This document shows, piece after piece, positions 1 to 18,000 of a stretch of 64,000 nucleotides of DNA (positions are counted from its first letter, which is position 1; each line of letters opens with the position of its first letter). The notes under the pieces were generated by a model. It did no database searches, was not told the origin of the DNA, and was given only the letters and a program-made list of their open reading frames with translations. The stretch is from Phyllobates terribilis. Lineage: Eukaryota. A program made the position numbers and the translations under genes. The stretch covers positions 176,514,001 through 176,578,000 of the forward strand of contig NW_027362769.1 in the NCBI RefSeq assembly GCF_046119375.1. Reading direction: 5' to 3'.

Positions 1-3000
1 TATGTACAAGAATATAACTACTATAATACTGCCCCTATGTAAAAGAATATAACTACTATAATACTGCCCCTATGTAAAAGAATATAACTACTATAACACT
101 GCCCCTATGTACAAGAATATAAATACTATAATACTTCTCCTATGTACAAGAATATAACTACTATAATACTGCCCCTATGTACAAGAATATAACTACTATA
201 ATACTGCAACCTATGTAAAAGAATATAACTACTATAATACTGCCCTTATGTAAAAGAATATAACTACTATAACACTGCCCCTATGTACAAGAATATAACT
301 ACTATAATACTGCCCCCTATGTACAAGAATATAACTACTATAATACTGCCCCCTATATACAAGAATATAACTGCTATAATACTGCCTCTATGTACAAGAA
401 TATAACTACTATAATACTGCCCCCTATGTACAAGAATATAACTACTATAATACTGCTCCTATGTACAAGAATATAACTACTATAATACTGCCTTTATGTA
501 CAAGAATATAACTACTATAATACTGCCCCCTATGTACAAGAATATAACTACTATAATACTGCTCCTATGTACAAGAATATAACTACTATAATACTGCCCC
601 TATGTACAAGAATATAACTACTATAATACTGCTCCTATGTACAAGAATATAACTACTATAATACTGCCCCTATGTACAAGAATATAACTACTATAATACT
701 GACCCTATGTAAAAGAATATAACTACTATAATACTGCCCCTATGTAAAAGAATATAACTACTATAACACTGCCCCTATGTACAAGAATATAACTACTATA
801 ATACTGCTCCTATGTACAAGAATATAACTATTATAATACTGCCCCTATGTACAAGAATATAACTACTATAATACTGCCCCTATGTAAAAGAATATAACTA
901 CTGTAATACTGCCCCTATGTAAAAGAATATAACTACTATAACACTGCCCCTATGTACAAGAATATAACTACTATAATACTGCTCCTATGTACAAAAATAT
1001 AACTACTATAATACTGCTCCTATGTACAAGAATATAACTACTATAATTCTGCCCCTATGTAAAAGAATATAACTACTATAATACTGCCCCCTATGTAAAA
1101 GAATATAACTACTATAATACTGCTCCTATGTACAAGAATATAACTACTATAATACTGCTCCTATATACAAGAATATAACTACTATAATACTGCCCTTATG
1201 TAAAAGAATATAACTACTATAATACTGCCCCTATGTAAAAGAATATAACTACTATAACACTGCCCCTATGTACAAGAATATAACTACTATAATACTGCTC
1301 CTTTGTACAAGAATATAACTACTATAATACTGCCCCTATGTACAAGAATATAACTACTATAATACTGCCCCTATGTAAAAGAATATAACTACTATAATAC
1401 TGCCCCTATGTAAAAGAATATAACTACTATAACACTGCCCCTATGTACAAGAATGTAAATACTATAATACTTCTCCTATGTACAAGAATATAACTACTAT
1501 AATACTGCCCCTATGTACAAGAATATAACTACTATAATACTGCAACCTATGTAAAAGAATATAACTACTATAATACTGCCCTTATGTAAAAGAATATAAC
1601 TACTATAACACTGCCCCTATGTACAAGAATATAACTACTATAATACTGCTCCTATGTACAAGAATATAACTACTAGAATACTGCTCCTATGTACAAGAAT
1701 ATAACTACTATAATACTGCTCCTATGTACAAAAATATAACTACTATAATACTGCTCCTATGTACAAGAATATAACTACTATAATTCTGCCCCTATGTAAA
1801 AGAATATAACTACTATAATACTGCCCCCTATGTAAAAGAATATAACTACTATAATACTGCTCCTATGTACAAGAATATAACTACTATAATACTGCTCCTA
1901 TATACAAGAATATAACTACTATAATACTGCCCCTATGTAAAAGAATATAACTACTATAATACTGCCCCTATGTAAAAGAATATAACTACTATAACACTGC
2001 CCCTATGTACAAGAATATAACTACTATAATACTGCTCCTTTGTACAAGAATATAACTACTATAATACTGCCCCTATGTACAAGAATATAACTACTATAAT
2101 ACTGCCCCTATGTAAAACAATATAACTACTATAATACTGCCCCTATGTAAAAGAATATAACTACTATAACACTGCCCCTATGTACAAGAATATAAATACT
2201 ATAATACTTCTCCTATGTACAAGAATATAACTACTATAATACTGCCCCTATGTACAAGAATATAACTACTATAATACTGCAACCTATGTAAAAGAATATA
2301 ACTACTATAATACTGCCCTTATGTAAAAGAATATAACTACTATAACACTGCCCCTATGTACAAGAATATAACTACTATAATACTGCCCCCTATGTACAAG
2401 AATATAACTACTATAATACTGCCCCCTATATACAAGAATATAACTACTATAATACTGCCTCTATGTACAAGAATATAACTACTATAATACTGCCCCCTAT
2501 GTACAAGAATATAACTACTATAATACTGCTCCTATGTACAAGAATATAACTACTATAATACTGCCTTTATGTACAAGAATATAACTACTATAATACTGCC
2601 CCCTATGTACAAGAATATAACTACTATAATACTGCTCCTATGTACAAGAATATAACTACTATAATACTGCCCCTATGTACAAGAATATAACTACTATAAT
2701 ACTGCTCCTATGTACAAGAATATAACTACTATAATACTGCCCCTATGTACAAGAATATAACTACTATAATACTGACCCTATGTAAAAGAATATAACTACT
2801 ATAATACTGCCCCTATGTAAAAGAATATAACTACTATAACACTGCCCCTATGTACAAGAATATAAATACTATAATACTTCTCCTATGTACAAGAATATAA
2901 CTACTATAATACTGCCCCTATGTACAAGAATATAACTACTATAATACTGCAACCTATGTAAAAGAATATAACTACTATAATACTGCCCTTATGTAAAAGA

Positions 3001-6000
3001 ATATAACTACTATAACACTGCCCCTATGTACAAGAATATAACTACTATAATACTGCTCCTATGTACAAGAATATAACTACTAGAATACTGCTCCTATGTA
3101 CAAGAATATAACTACTATAATACTGCCCCTATGTACAAGAATATAACTACTATAATACTGTTCCTATGTACAACAATATAACTACTATAATGCTGCCTCC
3201 TATGTACAAGAATATAACTACTATAATACTGCTCCTATGTACAAGAATATAACTACTATAATACTGCTCCTATGTACAAGAATATAACTACTATAATACT
3301 GCCCCCTATGTACAAGAATATAACTACTATAATACTGCCCCCTATATACAAGAATATAACTACTATAATACTGCCTCTATGTACAAGAATATAACTACTA
3401 TAATACTGCCCCCTATGTACAAGAATATAACTACTATAATACTGCTCCTATGTACAAGAATATAACTACTATAATACTGCCTTTATGTACAAGAATATAA
3501 CTACTATAATACTGCCCCCTATGTACAAGAATATAACTACTATAATACTGCTCCTATGTACAAGAATATAACTACTATAATACTGCCCCTATGTACAAGA
3601 ATATAACTACTATAATACTGCTCCTATGTACAAGAATATAACTACTATAATACTGCCCCTATGTACAAGAATATAACTACTATAATACTGACCCTATGTA
3701 AAAGAATATAACTACTATAATACTGCCCCTATGTAAAAGAATATAACTACTATAACACTGCCCCTATGTACAAGAATATAACTACTGTAATACTGCTCTT
3801 ATGTACAAGAATATAACTACTATAATACTGCTCCTATGTACAAGAATATAACTACTATAATTCTGCCCCTATGTACAAGAATATATCTACTATAATTCTG
3901 CCCCTATGTAAAAGAATATAACTACTATAATACTGCTCCTATGTACAAGAATATAACTACTATAATACTGCTCCTGTGTACAAGAATATAACTACTATAA
4001 TACTGCCCCTATGTAAAAGAATATAACTACTATAATACTGCCCCTATGTAAAAGAATATAACTACTATAACACTGCCCCTATGTACAAGAATATAACTAC
4101 TATAATACTGCTCCTATATACAAGAATATAACTACTATAATACTGCCCCTATGTAATAGAATATAACTACTATAATACTGCCCCTATGTAAAAGAATATA
4201 ACTACTATAACACTGCCCCTATGTACAAGAATATAACTACTATAATACTGCTCCTTTGTACAAGAATATAACTACTATAATACTGCCCCTATGTAATAGA
4301 ATATAACTACTATAATACTGCCCCTATGTAAAAGAATATAACTACTATAACACTGCCCCTATGTACAAGAATATAACTACTATAATACTGCTCCTATATA
4401 CAAGAATATAACTACTATAATACTGCCCCTATGTAATAGAATATAACTACTATAATACTGCCCCTATGTAAAAGAATATAACTACTATAACACTGCCCCT
4501 ATGTACAAGAATATAACTACTATAATACTGCTCCTATATACAAGAATATAACTACTATAATACTGCCCCTATGTAATAGAATATAACTACTATAATACTG
4601 CCCCTATGTAAAAGAATATAACTACTATAACACTGCCCCTATGTACAAGAATATAACTACTATAATACTGCTCCTTTGTACAAGAATATAACTACTATAA
4701 TACTGCCCCTATGTACAAGAATATAACTACTATAATACTGCCCCTATGTAAAAGAATATAACTACTATAATACTGCCCCTATGTAAAAGAATATAACTAC
4801 TATAACACTGCCCCTATGTACAAGAATATAAATACTATAATACTTCTCCTATGTACAAGAATATAACTACTATAATACTGCCCCTATGTACAAGAATATA
4901 ACTACTATAATACTGCTCCTATGTACAACAATATAACTACTATAATGCTGCCTCCTATGTACAAGAATATAACTACTATAATACTGCTCCTATGTACAAG
5001 AATATAACTACTATAATACTGCTCCTATGTACAAGAATATAACTACTATAATACTGCCCCTATGTACAAGAATAACTACTATAATACTGCCCCCTATATA
5101 CAAGAATATAACTACTATAATACTGCCTCTATGTACAAGAATATAACTACTATAATACTGCCCCTATGTACAAGAATATAACTACTATAATACTGCCCCT
5201 ATGTAAAAGAATATAACTACTATAATACTGCTCCTATGTACAAGAATATAACTACTATAATACTGCCCTCTATGTACAAGAATATAACTACTATAATACT
5301 GCCCCCTATGTATAAGAATATAACTACTATAATACTGCCCCCTACGTATAAGAATATAACTATAATACTGACCCCTATGTATAAGAATATAACTACTGTA
5401 ATGCTGCTCATATGCATAAGAATATGACTACTATAATACTGCCCTTATGTACAAGAATATAACTACTATAATACTGCTCCTATGTAAAAGAGTATAACTA
5501 CTAGAATACTGCTCCTATGTACAAGAATATAACTACTATAATACTGCCCCTATGTACAAGAATATAACTACTATAATACTGCCCCTATGTAAAAGAATAT
5601 AACTACTATAATACTGCCCCTATGTACAAGAATATAACTACTATAATACTGCTCCTATGTACAAGAATATAACTACTATAATACTGCTCCTATGTACAAG
5701 AATATAACTACTATAACACTGCCCCTATGTACAAGAATATAACTACTATAATACTGCTCCTATGTACAAGAATATAACTACTATAATACTGCCCCTATGT
5801 ACAAGAATATAACTACTATAATACTGCCCCTATGTAAAAGAATATAACTACTATAATACTGCCCCTATGTACAAGAATATAACTACTATAACACTGCCCC
5901 TATGTACAAGAATATAACTACTATAATACTGCTCCTATGTAAAAGAATATAACTACTATAATACTGCCCCTATGTACAAGAATATAACTACTATAATACT

Positions 6001-9000
6001 GCCCCTATGTAAAAGAATATAACTACTATAATACTGCCCCTATGTAAAAGAATATAACTGCTATAATACTGCTCCCATGTACAAGAGTATAACTACTATA
6101 ATACTGCTCCTATATACAAGAATATAACTACTATAATACTGCCCTCTATGTACAAGAATATAACTACTATAACACTGCCCCTATGTACAAGAATATAACT
6201 ACTATAATTCTGCTCCTATGTACAAGAATATAACTACTATAATACTGCTCCTATGTACAAGAATATAACTACTATAATACTGCCCCCATGTACAAGAATA
6301 TAACTACTATAATACTGCCCCTCTGTAAAAGAATATAACTACTATAATACTGCCCCTATGTACAAGAATATATCTACCATAATACTGCCCCTATGTACAA
6401 GAATATAGCTACTATAATACTGCCCCTATGTACAAGAATATAACTTCTATAATACTGCCCCTATGTACAAGAATGTAACTACTATAATACTGCTCCTATA
6501 TACAAGAATATAACTACTATAATACTGCCCCTATGTAATAGAATATAACTACTATAATACTGCCCCTATGTAAAAGAATATAACTACTATAACACTGCCC
6601 CTATGTACAAGAATATAACTACTATAATACTGCTCCTTTGTACAAGAATATAACTACTATAATACTGCCCCTATGTACAAGAATATAACTACTATAATAC
6701 TGCCCCTATGTAAAAGAATATAACTACTATAATACTGCCCCTATGTAAAAGAATATAACTACTATAACACTGCCCCTATGTACAAGAATATAAATACTAT
6801 AATACTTCTCCTATGTACAAGAATATAACTACTATAATACTGCCCCTATGTACAAGAATATAACTACTATAATACTGCTCCTATGTACAACAATATAACT
6901 ACTATAATGCTGCCTCCTATGTACAAGAATATAACTACTATAATACTGCTCCTATGTACAAGAATATAACTACTATAATACTGCTCCTATGTACAAGAAT
7001 ATAACTACTATAATACTGCCCCTATGTACAAGAATAACTACTATAATACTGCCCCCTATATACAAGAATATAACTACTATAATACTGCCTCTATGTACAA
7101 GAATATAACTACTATAATACTGCCCCTATGTACAAGAATATAACTACTATAATACTGCCCCTATGTAAAAGAATATAACTACTATAATACTGCTCCTATG
7201 TACAAGAATATAACTACTATAATACTGCCCTCTATGTACAAGAATATAACTACTATAATACTGCCCCCTATGTATAAGAATATAACTACTATAATACTGC
7301 CCCCTACGTATAAGAATATAACTATAATACTGACCCCTATGTATAAGAATATAACTACTGTAATGCTGCTCATATGCATAAGAATATGACTACTATAATA
7401 CTGCCCTTATGTACAAGAATATAACTACTATAATACTGCTCCTATGTAAAAGAGTATAACTACTAGAATACTGCTCCTATGTACAAGAATATAACTACTA
7501 TAATACTGCCCCTATGTACAAGAATATAACTACTATAATACTGCCCCTATGTAAAAGAATATAACTACTATAATACTGCCCCTATGTACAAGAATATAAC
7601 TACTATAATACTGCTCCTATGTACAAGAATATAACTACTATAATACTGCTCCTATGTACAAGAATATAACTACTATAACACTGCCCCTATGTACAAGAAT
7701 ATAACTACTATAATACTGCTCCTATGTACAAGAATATAACTACTATAATACTGCCCCTATGTACAAGAATATAACTACTATAATACTGCCCCTATGTAAA
7801 AGAATATAACTACTATAATACTGCCCCTATGTACAAGAATATAACTACTATAACACTGCCCCTATGTACAAGAATATAACTACTATAATACTGCTCCTAT
7901 GTAAAAGAATATAACTACTATAATACTGCCCCTATGTACAAGAATATAACTACTATAATACTGCCCCTATGTAAAAGAATATAACTACTATAATACTGCC
8001 CCTATGTAAAAGAATATAACTGCTATAATACTGCTCCCATGTACAAGAGTATAACTACTATAATACTGCTCCTATATACAAGAATATAACTACTATAATA
8101 CTGCCCTCTATGTACAAGAATATAACTACTATAACACTGCCCCTATGTACAAGAATATAACTACTATAATTCTGCTCCTATGTACAAGAATATAACTAGT
8201 ATAATACTGCTCCTATGTACAAGAATATAACTACTATAATACTGCCCCCATGTACAAGAATATAACTACTATAATACTGCCCCTCTGTAAAAGAATATAA
8301 CTACTATAATACTGCCCCTATGTACAAGAATATATCTACCATAATACTGCCCCTATGTACAAGAATATAGCTACTATAATACTGCCCCTATGTACAAGAA
8401 TATAACTTCTATAATACTGCCCCTATGTACAAGAATGTAACTACTATAATACTGCCCCTATGTACAAGAATATAACTACTATAATACTGCCCCTATGTAC
8501 AAGAATATAACTACTATAATACTGCTCCAATGTACAAGAATATAACTACTATAGTATTGCTCCTATGTACAAGAATATAACTACTATAATACTGCTCCTA
8601 TCTACAAGAATATAACTACTATAATACTGTTCCCTATGTACAAGACTATAGCTAGTATAATACTGCCCCCTATGTACAAGAATATAACTACTATAATACT
8701 GCCCCTACGTACAAGAAAATAACTACTATAATACTGCTCCTATGTACAAGAATATAACTACTATAATACTGCCCCTAGGTACAAGAATATAACTACTATA
8801 ATACTGCATCTATGTACAAGAATATAACTACTATAATACTGCTCCTATGTACAAGAATATAACTACTATAATACTGCTCCTATGTACAAGAATATAACTA
8901 CTATAATACTGCCCCTATGTACAAGAATATAACTACTATAATACTGCCCCCTATGTCCAAGAATATAACTACTATAATACTGCCCCCTATGTCCAAGAAT

Positions 9001-12000
9001 ATAACTACTATAATACTGCCCCTATGTACAAGAATATAACTAGTATAATACTGCCCCTATGTAAAAGAATATAACTACTATAATACTGCCCCTATGTACA
9101 AGAATATATCTACTATAATACTGCCCCTATGTACAAGAATATAGCTGCTATAATACTGCCCCTATGTACAAGAATATAACTACTATAACACTGCCCCTAT
9201 GTACAAGAATATAACTACTATAATACTGCTCCTATGTACAAGAATATAACTACTATAATACTGCCCCTATGTACAAGAATATAACTACTATAATACTGCC
9301 CCTATGTAAAAGAATATAACTACTATAATACTGCCCCTATGTACAAGAATATAACTACTATAACACTGCCCCTATGTACAAGAATATAACTACTATAATA
9401 CTGCTCCTATGTAAAAGAATATAACTACTATAATACTGCCCCTATGTACAAGAATATAACTACTATAATACTGCCCCTATGTAAAAGAATATAACTACTA
9501 TAATACTGCCCCTATGTAAAAGAATATAACTGCTATAATACTGCTCCCATGTACAAGAGTATAACTACTATAATACTGCTCCTATATACAAGAATATAAC
9601 TACTATAATACTGCCCTCTATGTACAAGAATATAACTACTATAACACTGCCCCTATGTACAAGAATATAACTACTATAATTCTGCTCCTATGTACAAGAA
9701 TATAACTAGTATAATACTGCTCCTATGTACAAGAATATAACTACTATAATACTGCCCCCATGTACAAGAATATAACTACTATAATACTGCCCCTCTGTAA
9801 AAGAATATAACTACTATAATACTGCCCCTATGTACAAGAATATATCTACCATAATACTGCCCCTATGTACAAGAATATAGCTACTATAATACTGCCCCTA
9901 TGTACAAGAATATAACTTCTATAATACTGCCCCTATGTACAAGAATGTAACTACTATAATACTGCCCCTATGTACAAGAATATAACTACTATAATACTGC
10001 CCCTATGTACAAGAATATAACTACTATAATACTGCTCCAATGTACAAGAATATAACTACTATAGTATTGCTCCTATGTACAAGAATATAACTACTATAAT
10101 ACTGCTCCTATCTACAAGAATATAACTACTATAATACTGTTCCCTATGTACAAGACTATAGCTAGTATAATACTGCCCCCTATGTACAAGAATATAACTA
10201 CTATAATACTGCCCCTACGTACAAGAAAATAACTACTATAATACTGCTCCTATGTACAAGAATATAACTACTATAATACTGCCCCTAGGTACAAGAATAT
10301 AACTACTATAATACTGCATCTATGTACAAGAATATAACTACTATAATACTGCTCCTATGTACAAGAATATAACTACTATAATACTGCTCCTATGTACAAG
10401 AATATAACTACTATAATACTGCCCCTATGTACAAGAATATAACTACTATAATACTGCCCCCTATGTCCAAGAATATAACTACTATAATACTGCCCCCTAT
10501 GTCCAAGAATATAACTACTATAATACTGCCCCTATGTACAAGAATATAACTAGTATAATACTGCCCCTATGTAAAAGAATATAACTACTATAATACTGCC
10601 CCTATGTACAAGAATATATCTACTATAATACTGCCCCTATGTACAAGAATATAGCTGCTATAATACTGCCCCTATGTACAAGAATATAACTACTATAATA
10701 CTGCCCCTATGTACAAGAATATAACTACTATAATACTGCTCCTATGTACAAGAATATAACTACTATAATACTGCTCCTATGTACAAGAATATAACTACTA
10801 TAATACTGCTCCTAGGTACAAGAATATATCTACTATAATACTGCCCCCTATATACAAGAATATAACTACTATAATACTGCCCCCTATGTACAAGAATATA
10901 ACTACTATAATACTGCCCCCTATGTACAAGAATATAACTACTATAATACTGCCCCTATGTACAAGAATATAACTACTATAATACTGCCCCTATGTAAAAG
11001 AATATAACTACTATAATACTGCCCCTATGTACAAGAATATAACTACTATAATACTGCTCCTATGTACAAGAATATAACTACTATAATACTGCTCCTATGT
11101 ACAAGAATATAACTACTATAACACTGCCCCTATGTACAAGAATATAACTACTATAATACTGCCCCTATGTACAAGAATATAACTACTATAATACTGCTCC
11201 TATGTACAAGAATATAACTACTATAATACTGCTCCTATGTACAAGAATATAACTACTATAATACTGCCCCCTATGTACAAGAATATAACTACTATAATAC
11301 TGCCCCCTATGTACAAGAATATAACTACTATAATACTGCCCCTATGTACAAGAATATAACTACTATAATACTGCCCCTATGTAAAAGAATATAACTACTA
11401 TAATACTGCCCCTATGTACAAGAATATAACTACTATAACACTGCCCCTATGTACAAGAATATTACTACTATAATACTGCTCCTATGTAAAAGAATATAAC
11501 TACTATAATACTGCCCCTATGTACAAGAATATAACTACTATAATACTGCCCCTATGTAAAAGAATATAACTACTATAATACTGCCCCTATGTAAAAGAAT
11601 ATAACTGCTATAATACTGCTCCCATGTACAAGAATATAACTACTATAATACTGCTCCTATATACAAGAATATAACTACTATAATACTGCCCCTATGTACA
11701 AGAATATAACTAGTATAATACTGCCCCTATGTACAAGAATATAACTAGTATAATACTGCTCCTATGTACAAGAATATAACTAGTATAATACTGCTCCTAT
11801 GTACAAGAATATAACTACTATAATTCTGCCCCTATGTACAAGAATATAACTACTCTAATTCTGCCCATATGTACAAGAATATAACTACTATAATTCTGCC
11901 CCTATGTAAAAGAATATAACTACTATAATACTGCCCCTATGTAAAAGAATATAACTACTATAATACTGCTCCTATGTACAAGAATATAACTACTATAATA

Positions 12001-15000
12001 CTGCTCCTATATACAAGAATATAACTACTATAATACTGCCCCTATGTAAAAGAATATAACTACTATAATACTGCCCCTATGTAAAAGAATATAACTACTA
12101 TAATACTGCTCCTATGTACAAGAATATAACTACTATAATACTGCCCCTATGTACAAGAATATAACTACTATAATACTGCTCCTATGTACAAGAATATAAC
12201 TACTATAATACTGCCCCTATGTACAAGAATATAACTACTATAATACTGCCCCTATGTAAAAGAATATAACTACTATAATACTGCCCCTATGTACAAGAAT
12301 ATAACTACTATAACACTGCCCCTATGTACAAGAATATAACTACTATAATATTGCTCCTATGTACAAGAATATAACTACTAGAATACTGCTCCTATGTACA
12401 AGAATATAACTACTATAATACTGCCCCTATGTACAAGAATATAACTACTATAATACTGCCCCTATGTAAAAGAATATAACTACTATAATACTGCCCCTAT
12501 GTAAAAGAATATAACTACTATAATACTGCCCCTATGTACAAGAATATAACTACCATAATACTGCCCCTATGTACAAGAATATAACTACTATAATAATGCT
12601 CCTATGTACAAGAATATAACTACTATAATACTGCTCATATGTACAAGAATATAACTACTATAATTCTGCCCCTATGTACAAGAATATAACTACTATAATG
12701 CTGCTCCTATATACAAGAATATAACTACTATTATACTGCCCCCTATGTACAAGAATATAACTAGTATAATACTGCCCCCTATGTACAAGAATATAACTAC
12801 TATAATACTGTCCCTATGTACAAGAATATAACTACTATAATACTGCCACCTATGTATAAGAATATAACTACTATAATACTGCCCCTATGTACAAGAATAT
12901 AACTACTATAATACTGCCCCTATGTAAAAGAATATAACTACTATAATACTGCCCCTATGTACAAGAATATAACTACTATAATACTGCTCCTATGTACAAG
13001 AATATAACTACTATAATACTGCTCCTATGTACAAGAATATAACTACTATAATACTGCCCCTATGTACAAGAATATAACTACTATAATACTGCCCCTATGT
13101 AAAAGAATATAACTACTATAATACTGCTCCTATGTACAAGAATATAACTACTATAATACTGCCCTCTATGTACAAGAATATAACTACTATAATACTGCCC
13201 CCTATGTATAAGAATATAACTACTATAATACTGCCTCCTACGTATAAGAATATAACTATAATACTGACCCCTATGTATAAGAATATAACTACTATAATAC
13301 TGCCACTATGTACAAGAATATAAGTACTATAATACTGCCCCTATGTACAAGAATATAACTACTATAATACTGCTCCTATGTACAAGAATATAACTACTAT
13401 AATACTGCTCCTATGTACAAGAATATAACTACTATAATTCTGCCCCTATGTACAAGAATATAACTACTATAATTCTGCCCCTATGTAAAAGAATATAACT
13501 ACTATAATACTGCCCCTATGTAAAAGAATATAACTACTATAATGCTGCTCCTACGTACAAGAATATAACTACTATAATACTGCTCCTATATACAAGAATA
13601 TAACTACTATAATACTGCCCTCTATGTACAAGAATATAACTACTATAACACTGCCCCTATGTACAAGAATATAACTACTATAATACTGCTCCTATGTACA
13701 AGAATATAACTACTATAATACTGCTCCTATGTAAAAGAATATAACTACTATAATACTGCTCCTATGTACAAGAATATAACTACTATAATACTGCTCCTAT
13801 GTACAAGAATATAACTACTATAATACTGCTAATATATACAAGAATATAACTACTATAATACTGCCCCCTATGTACAAGAATATAAATAGTATAATACTGC
13901 CCCCTATGTACAAGAATATAACTACTATAATACTGCCCCTATGTACAAGAATATAACTACTATAATACTGCCACCTATGTGTAAGAATATAACTACTATA
14001 ATACTGCCCTCTATGTACAAGAATATAACTACTATTATACTGCCACCTATGTATAAGAATATAACTACTATAATACTGCCCTCATGTACAAGAATATAAC
14101 TACTATAATACTGCTCCTATGTAAAAGAATATAACTACTATAATACTGCTCCTATGTACAAGAATATAACTACTATAATACTGCCCTCTATGTGCAAGAA
14201 TATAACTACTATAATACTGCCCCCTATGTATAAGAATATAACTACTATAATACTGCCCCCTACGTATAAGAATATAACTATAATACTGATCCCTATGTAT
14301 AAGAATATAACTACTGTAATGCTGCTCATATGCATAAGAATATGACTACTATAATACTGCCCTTATGTACAAGAATATAACTACTATAATACTGCTCCTA
14401 TGTAAAAGAGTATAACTACTAGAATACTGCTCCTATGTACAAGAATATAACTACTATATTACTGCCCCTATGTAAAAGAATATAACTACTATAACACTGC
14501 CCCTATGTACTAGAATATAACTACTATAATACTGCTCCTATGTACAAGAATATAACTACTATAATACTGCCCCTATGTACAAGAATATAACTACTATAAT
14601 ACTGCCCCTATGTAAAAGAATATAACTACTATAATACTGCCCCTATGTAAAAGAATATAACTACTATAACACTGCCCCTATGTACAAGAATATAACTACT
14701 ATAATACTGCTGCTATTTACAAGAATATAACTACTAGAATACTGCTCCTATGTACAAGAATATAACTACTATAATGCTGCCCCTATGTACAAGAATATAA
14801 CTACTATAATACTGCCCCTATGTAAAAGAATGTAACTACTATAATACTGCCCCTATGTAAAAGAATATATCTACTATAATACTGCCCCTATGTACAAGAA
14901 TATAAATACTATAATACTGCCCCTATGTACAAGAATATAACTATTATAATACTGCTCCTATGTGCAAGAATATAACTACTATATTACTGCTCCTATGTAC

Positions 15001-18000
15001 AAGAATATAACTACTATAATTCTGCCCCTATGTACAAGAATATAACTACTATAATTCTGCCCCTATGTAAAAGAATATAACTACTATAATACTGCCCCTA
15101 TGTAAAAGAATATAACTACTATAATACTGCTCCTATGTACAAGAATATAACTACTATAATGCTGCTCCTATATACAAGAATATAACTACTATAATACTGC
15201 CCTCTATGTACAAGAATATAACTACTATAACACTGCCCCTATGTACAAGAATATAACTACTATAATACTGCTCCTATGTACAAGAATATAACAACAATAA
15301 TACTGCTCCTATGTAAAAGAATATAACTACTATAATACTGCTCCTATGTACAAGAATATAACTACTATAATACTGCTCCTATATACAAGAATATAACTAC
15401 TATAATACTGCCCCCTATGTACAAGAATATAACTACTATAATACTGCCCCCTATGTACAAGAATATAACTACTATAATACTGCCCCTATGTACAAGAATA
15501 TAACTACTATAATACTGCCACCTATGTATAAGAATATAACTACTATAATACTGCCCTCTATGTACAAGAATATAACTACTATAATACTGCCACCTATGTA
15601 TAAGAATATAACTACTATAATACTGCCCTTATGTACAAGAATATAACTACTATAATACTGCCCTCTATGAACAAGAATATAACTACTATAATACTGCCCC
15701 TATGTATAAGAATATAACTACTATAATACTGCCCCCTACGTATAAGAATATAACTATAATACTGAACCCTATGTATAAGAATATAACTACTGTAATGCTG
15801 CTCATATGCATAAGAGTATGACTACTATAATACTGCCCTTATGTACAAGAATATAACTACTATAATACTTCTCCTATGTAAAAGAGTATAACTACTAGAA
15901 TACTGCTCCTATGTACAAGAATATAACTACTATAATACTGCCCCTATGTACAAGAATATAACTACTATAATACTGCCCCTATGTAAAAGAATATAACTAC
16001 TATAATACTGCCCTTATGTACAAGAATATAACTACTATAATACTGCTCCTATGTACAAGAATATAACTACTATAATACTGCTCCTATGTACAAGAATATA
16101 ACTACTATAATACTGCCCCTATGTACAAGAATATAACTACTATAATACTGCCCCTATGTAAAAGAATATAACTACTGTAATACTGCTCCTATGGACAAGA
16201 ATATAACTACTATAATACTGCCCTCTATGTACAAGAATATAACTACTATAATACTGCCCCCTATGTATAAGAATATAACTACTATAATACTGCCCCCTAC
16301 GTATAAGAATATAACTATAATACTGACCCCTATGTATAAGAATATAACTACTGTAATGCTGCTCATATGCATAAGAATATGACTACTATAATACTGCCCT
16401 TATGTACAAGAATATAACTACTATAATACTGCTCCTATGTAAAAGAGTATAACTACTAGAATACTGCTCCTATGTACAAGAATATAACTACTTTAATACT
16501 GCCCCTATGTACAAGAATATAACTACTATAATACTGCCCCTATCTAAAAGAATATAACTACTATAATACTGCCCCTCTGTACAAGAATATAACTACTATA
16601 ATACTGCTCCTATGTACAAGAATATAACTACTATAACACTGCCCCTATGTACAAGAATATAACTACTATAATACTGCTCCTATGTACAATAATATAACTA
16701 CTATAATACTGCCCCTATGTACAAGAATATAACTACTATAATACTGCCCCTATGTACAAGAATATAACTACTATAATACTGCCCCTATGTACAAGAATAT
16801 AACTACTATAACACTGCCCCTATGTACAAGAATATAACTACTATAATACTGCTCCTATGTAAAAGAATATAACTACTATAATACTGCCCCTATGTATAAG
16901 AATATAACTACTATAATACTGCCCCTATGTAAAAGAATATAACTACTATAATACTGCCCCTATGTAAAAGAATATAACTGCTATAATACTGCTCCCATGT
17001 ACAAGAATATAACTACTATAATACTGCTCCTATATACAAGAATATAACTACTATAATACTGCCCTCTATGTACAAGAATATAACTACTATAACACTGCCC
17101 CTATGTACAAGAATATAACTACTATAATACTGCTCCTATGTACAAGAATATAACTACTATAATACTGCTCCTATGTACAAGAATATAGCTACTATAATAC
17201 TGCCCCTATGTACAAGAATATAACTTCTATAATACTGCCCCTATGTACAAGAATGTAACTACTATAATACTGCCCCTATGTACAAGAATATAACTACTAT
17301 AATACTGCCCCTATGTACAAGAATATAACTACTATAATACTGCTCCAATGTACAAGAATATAACTACTATAGTATTGCTCCTATGTACAAGAATATAACT
17401 ACTATAATACTGCTCCTATCTACAAGAATATAACTACTATAATACTGTTCCCTATGTACAAGACTATAGCTAGTATAATACTGCCCCCTATGTACAAGAA
17501 TATAACTACTATAATACTGCCCCTACGTACAAGAATATAACTACTATAATACTGCTCCTATGTACAAGAATATAACTACTATAATACTGCCCCTAGGTAC
17601 AAGAATATAACTACTATAATACTGCTTCTATGTACAAGAAAATAACTACTATAATACTGCTCCTATGTACAAGAATATAACTACTATAATACTGCCCCCT
17701 ATGTACAAGAATATAACTACTATAATACTGCCCCTATGTACAAGAATATAACTACTATAATACTGCCCCTATGTACAAGAATATAACTAGTATAATACTG
17801 CCCCTATGTAAAAGAATATAACTACTATAATACTGCCCCTATGTAAAAGAATATAACTACTATAATACTGCCCCTATGTACAAGAATATAACTACTATAA
17901 TACTGCTCCTATGTACAAGAATATAACTACTATAACACTGCCCCTATGTACAAGAATATAACTACTATAATACTGCCCCTATGTACAAGAATATAACTAC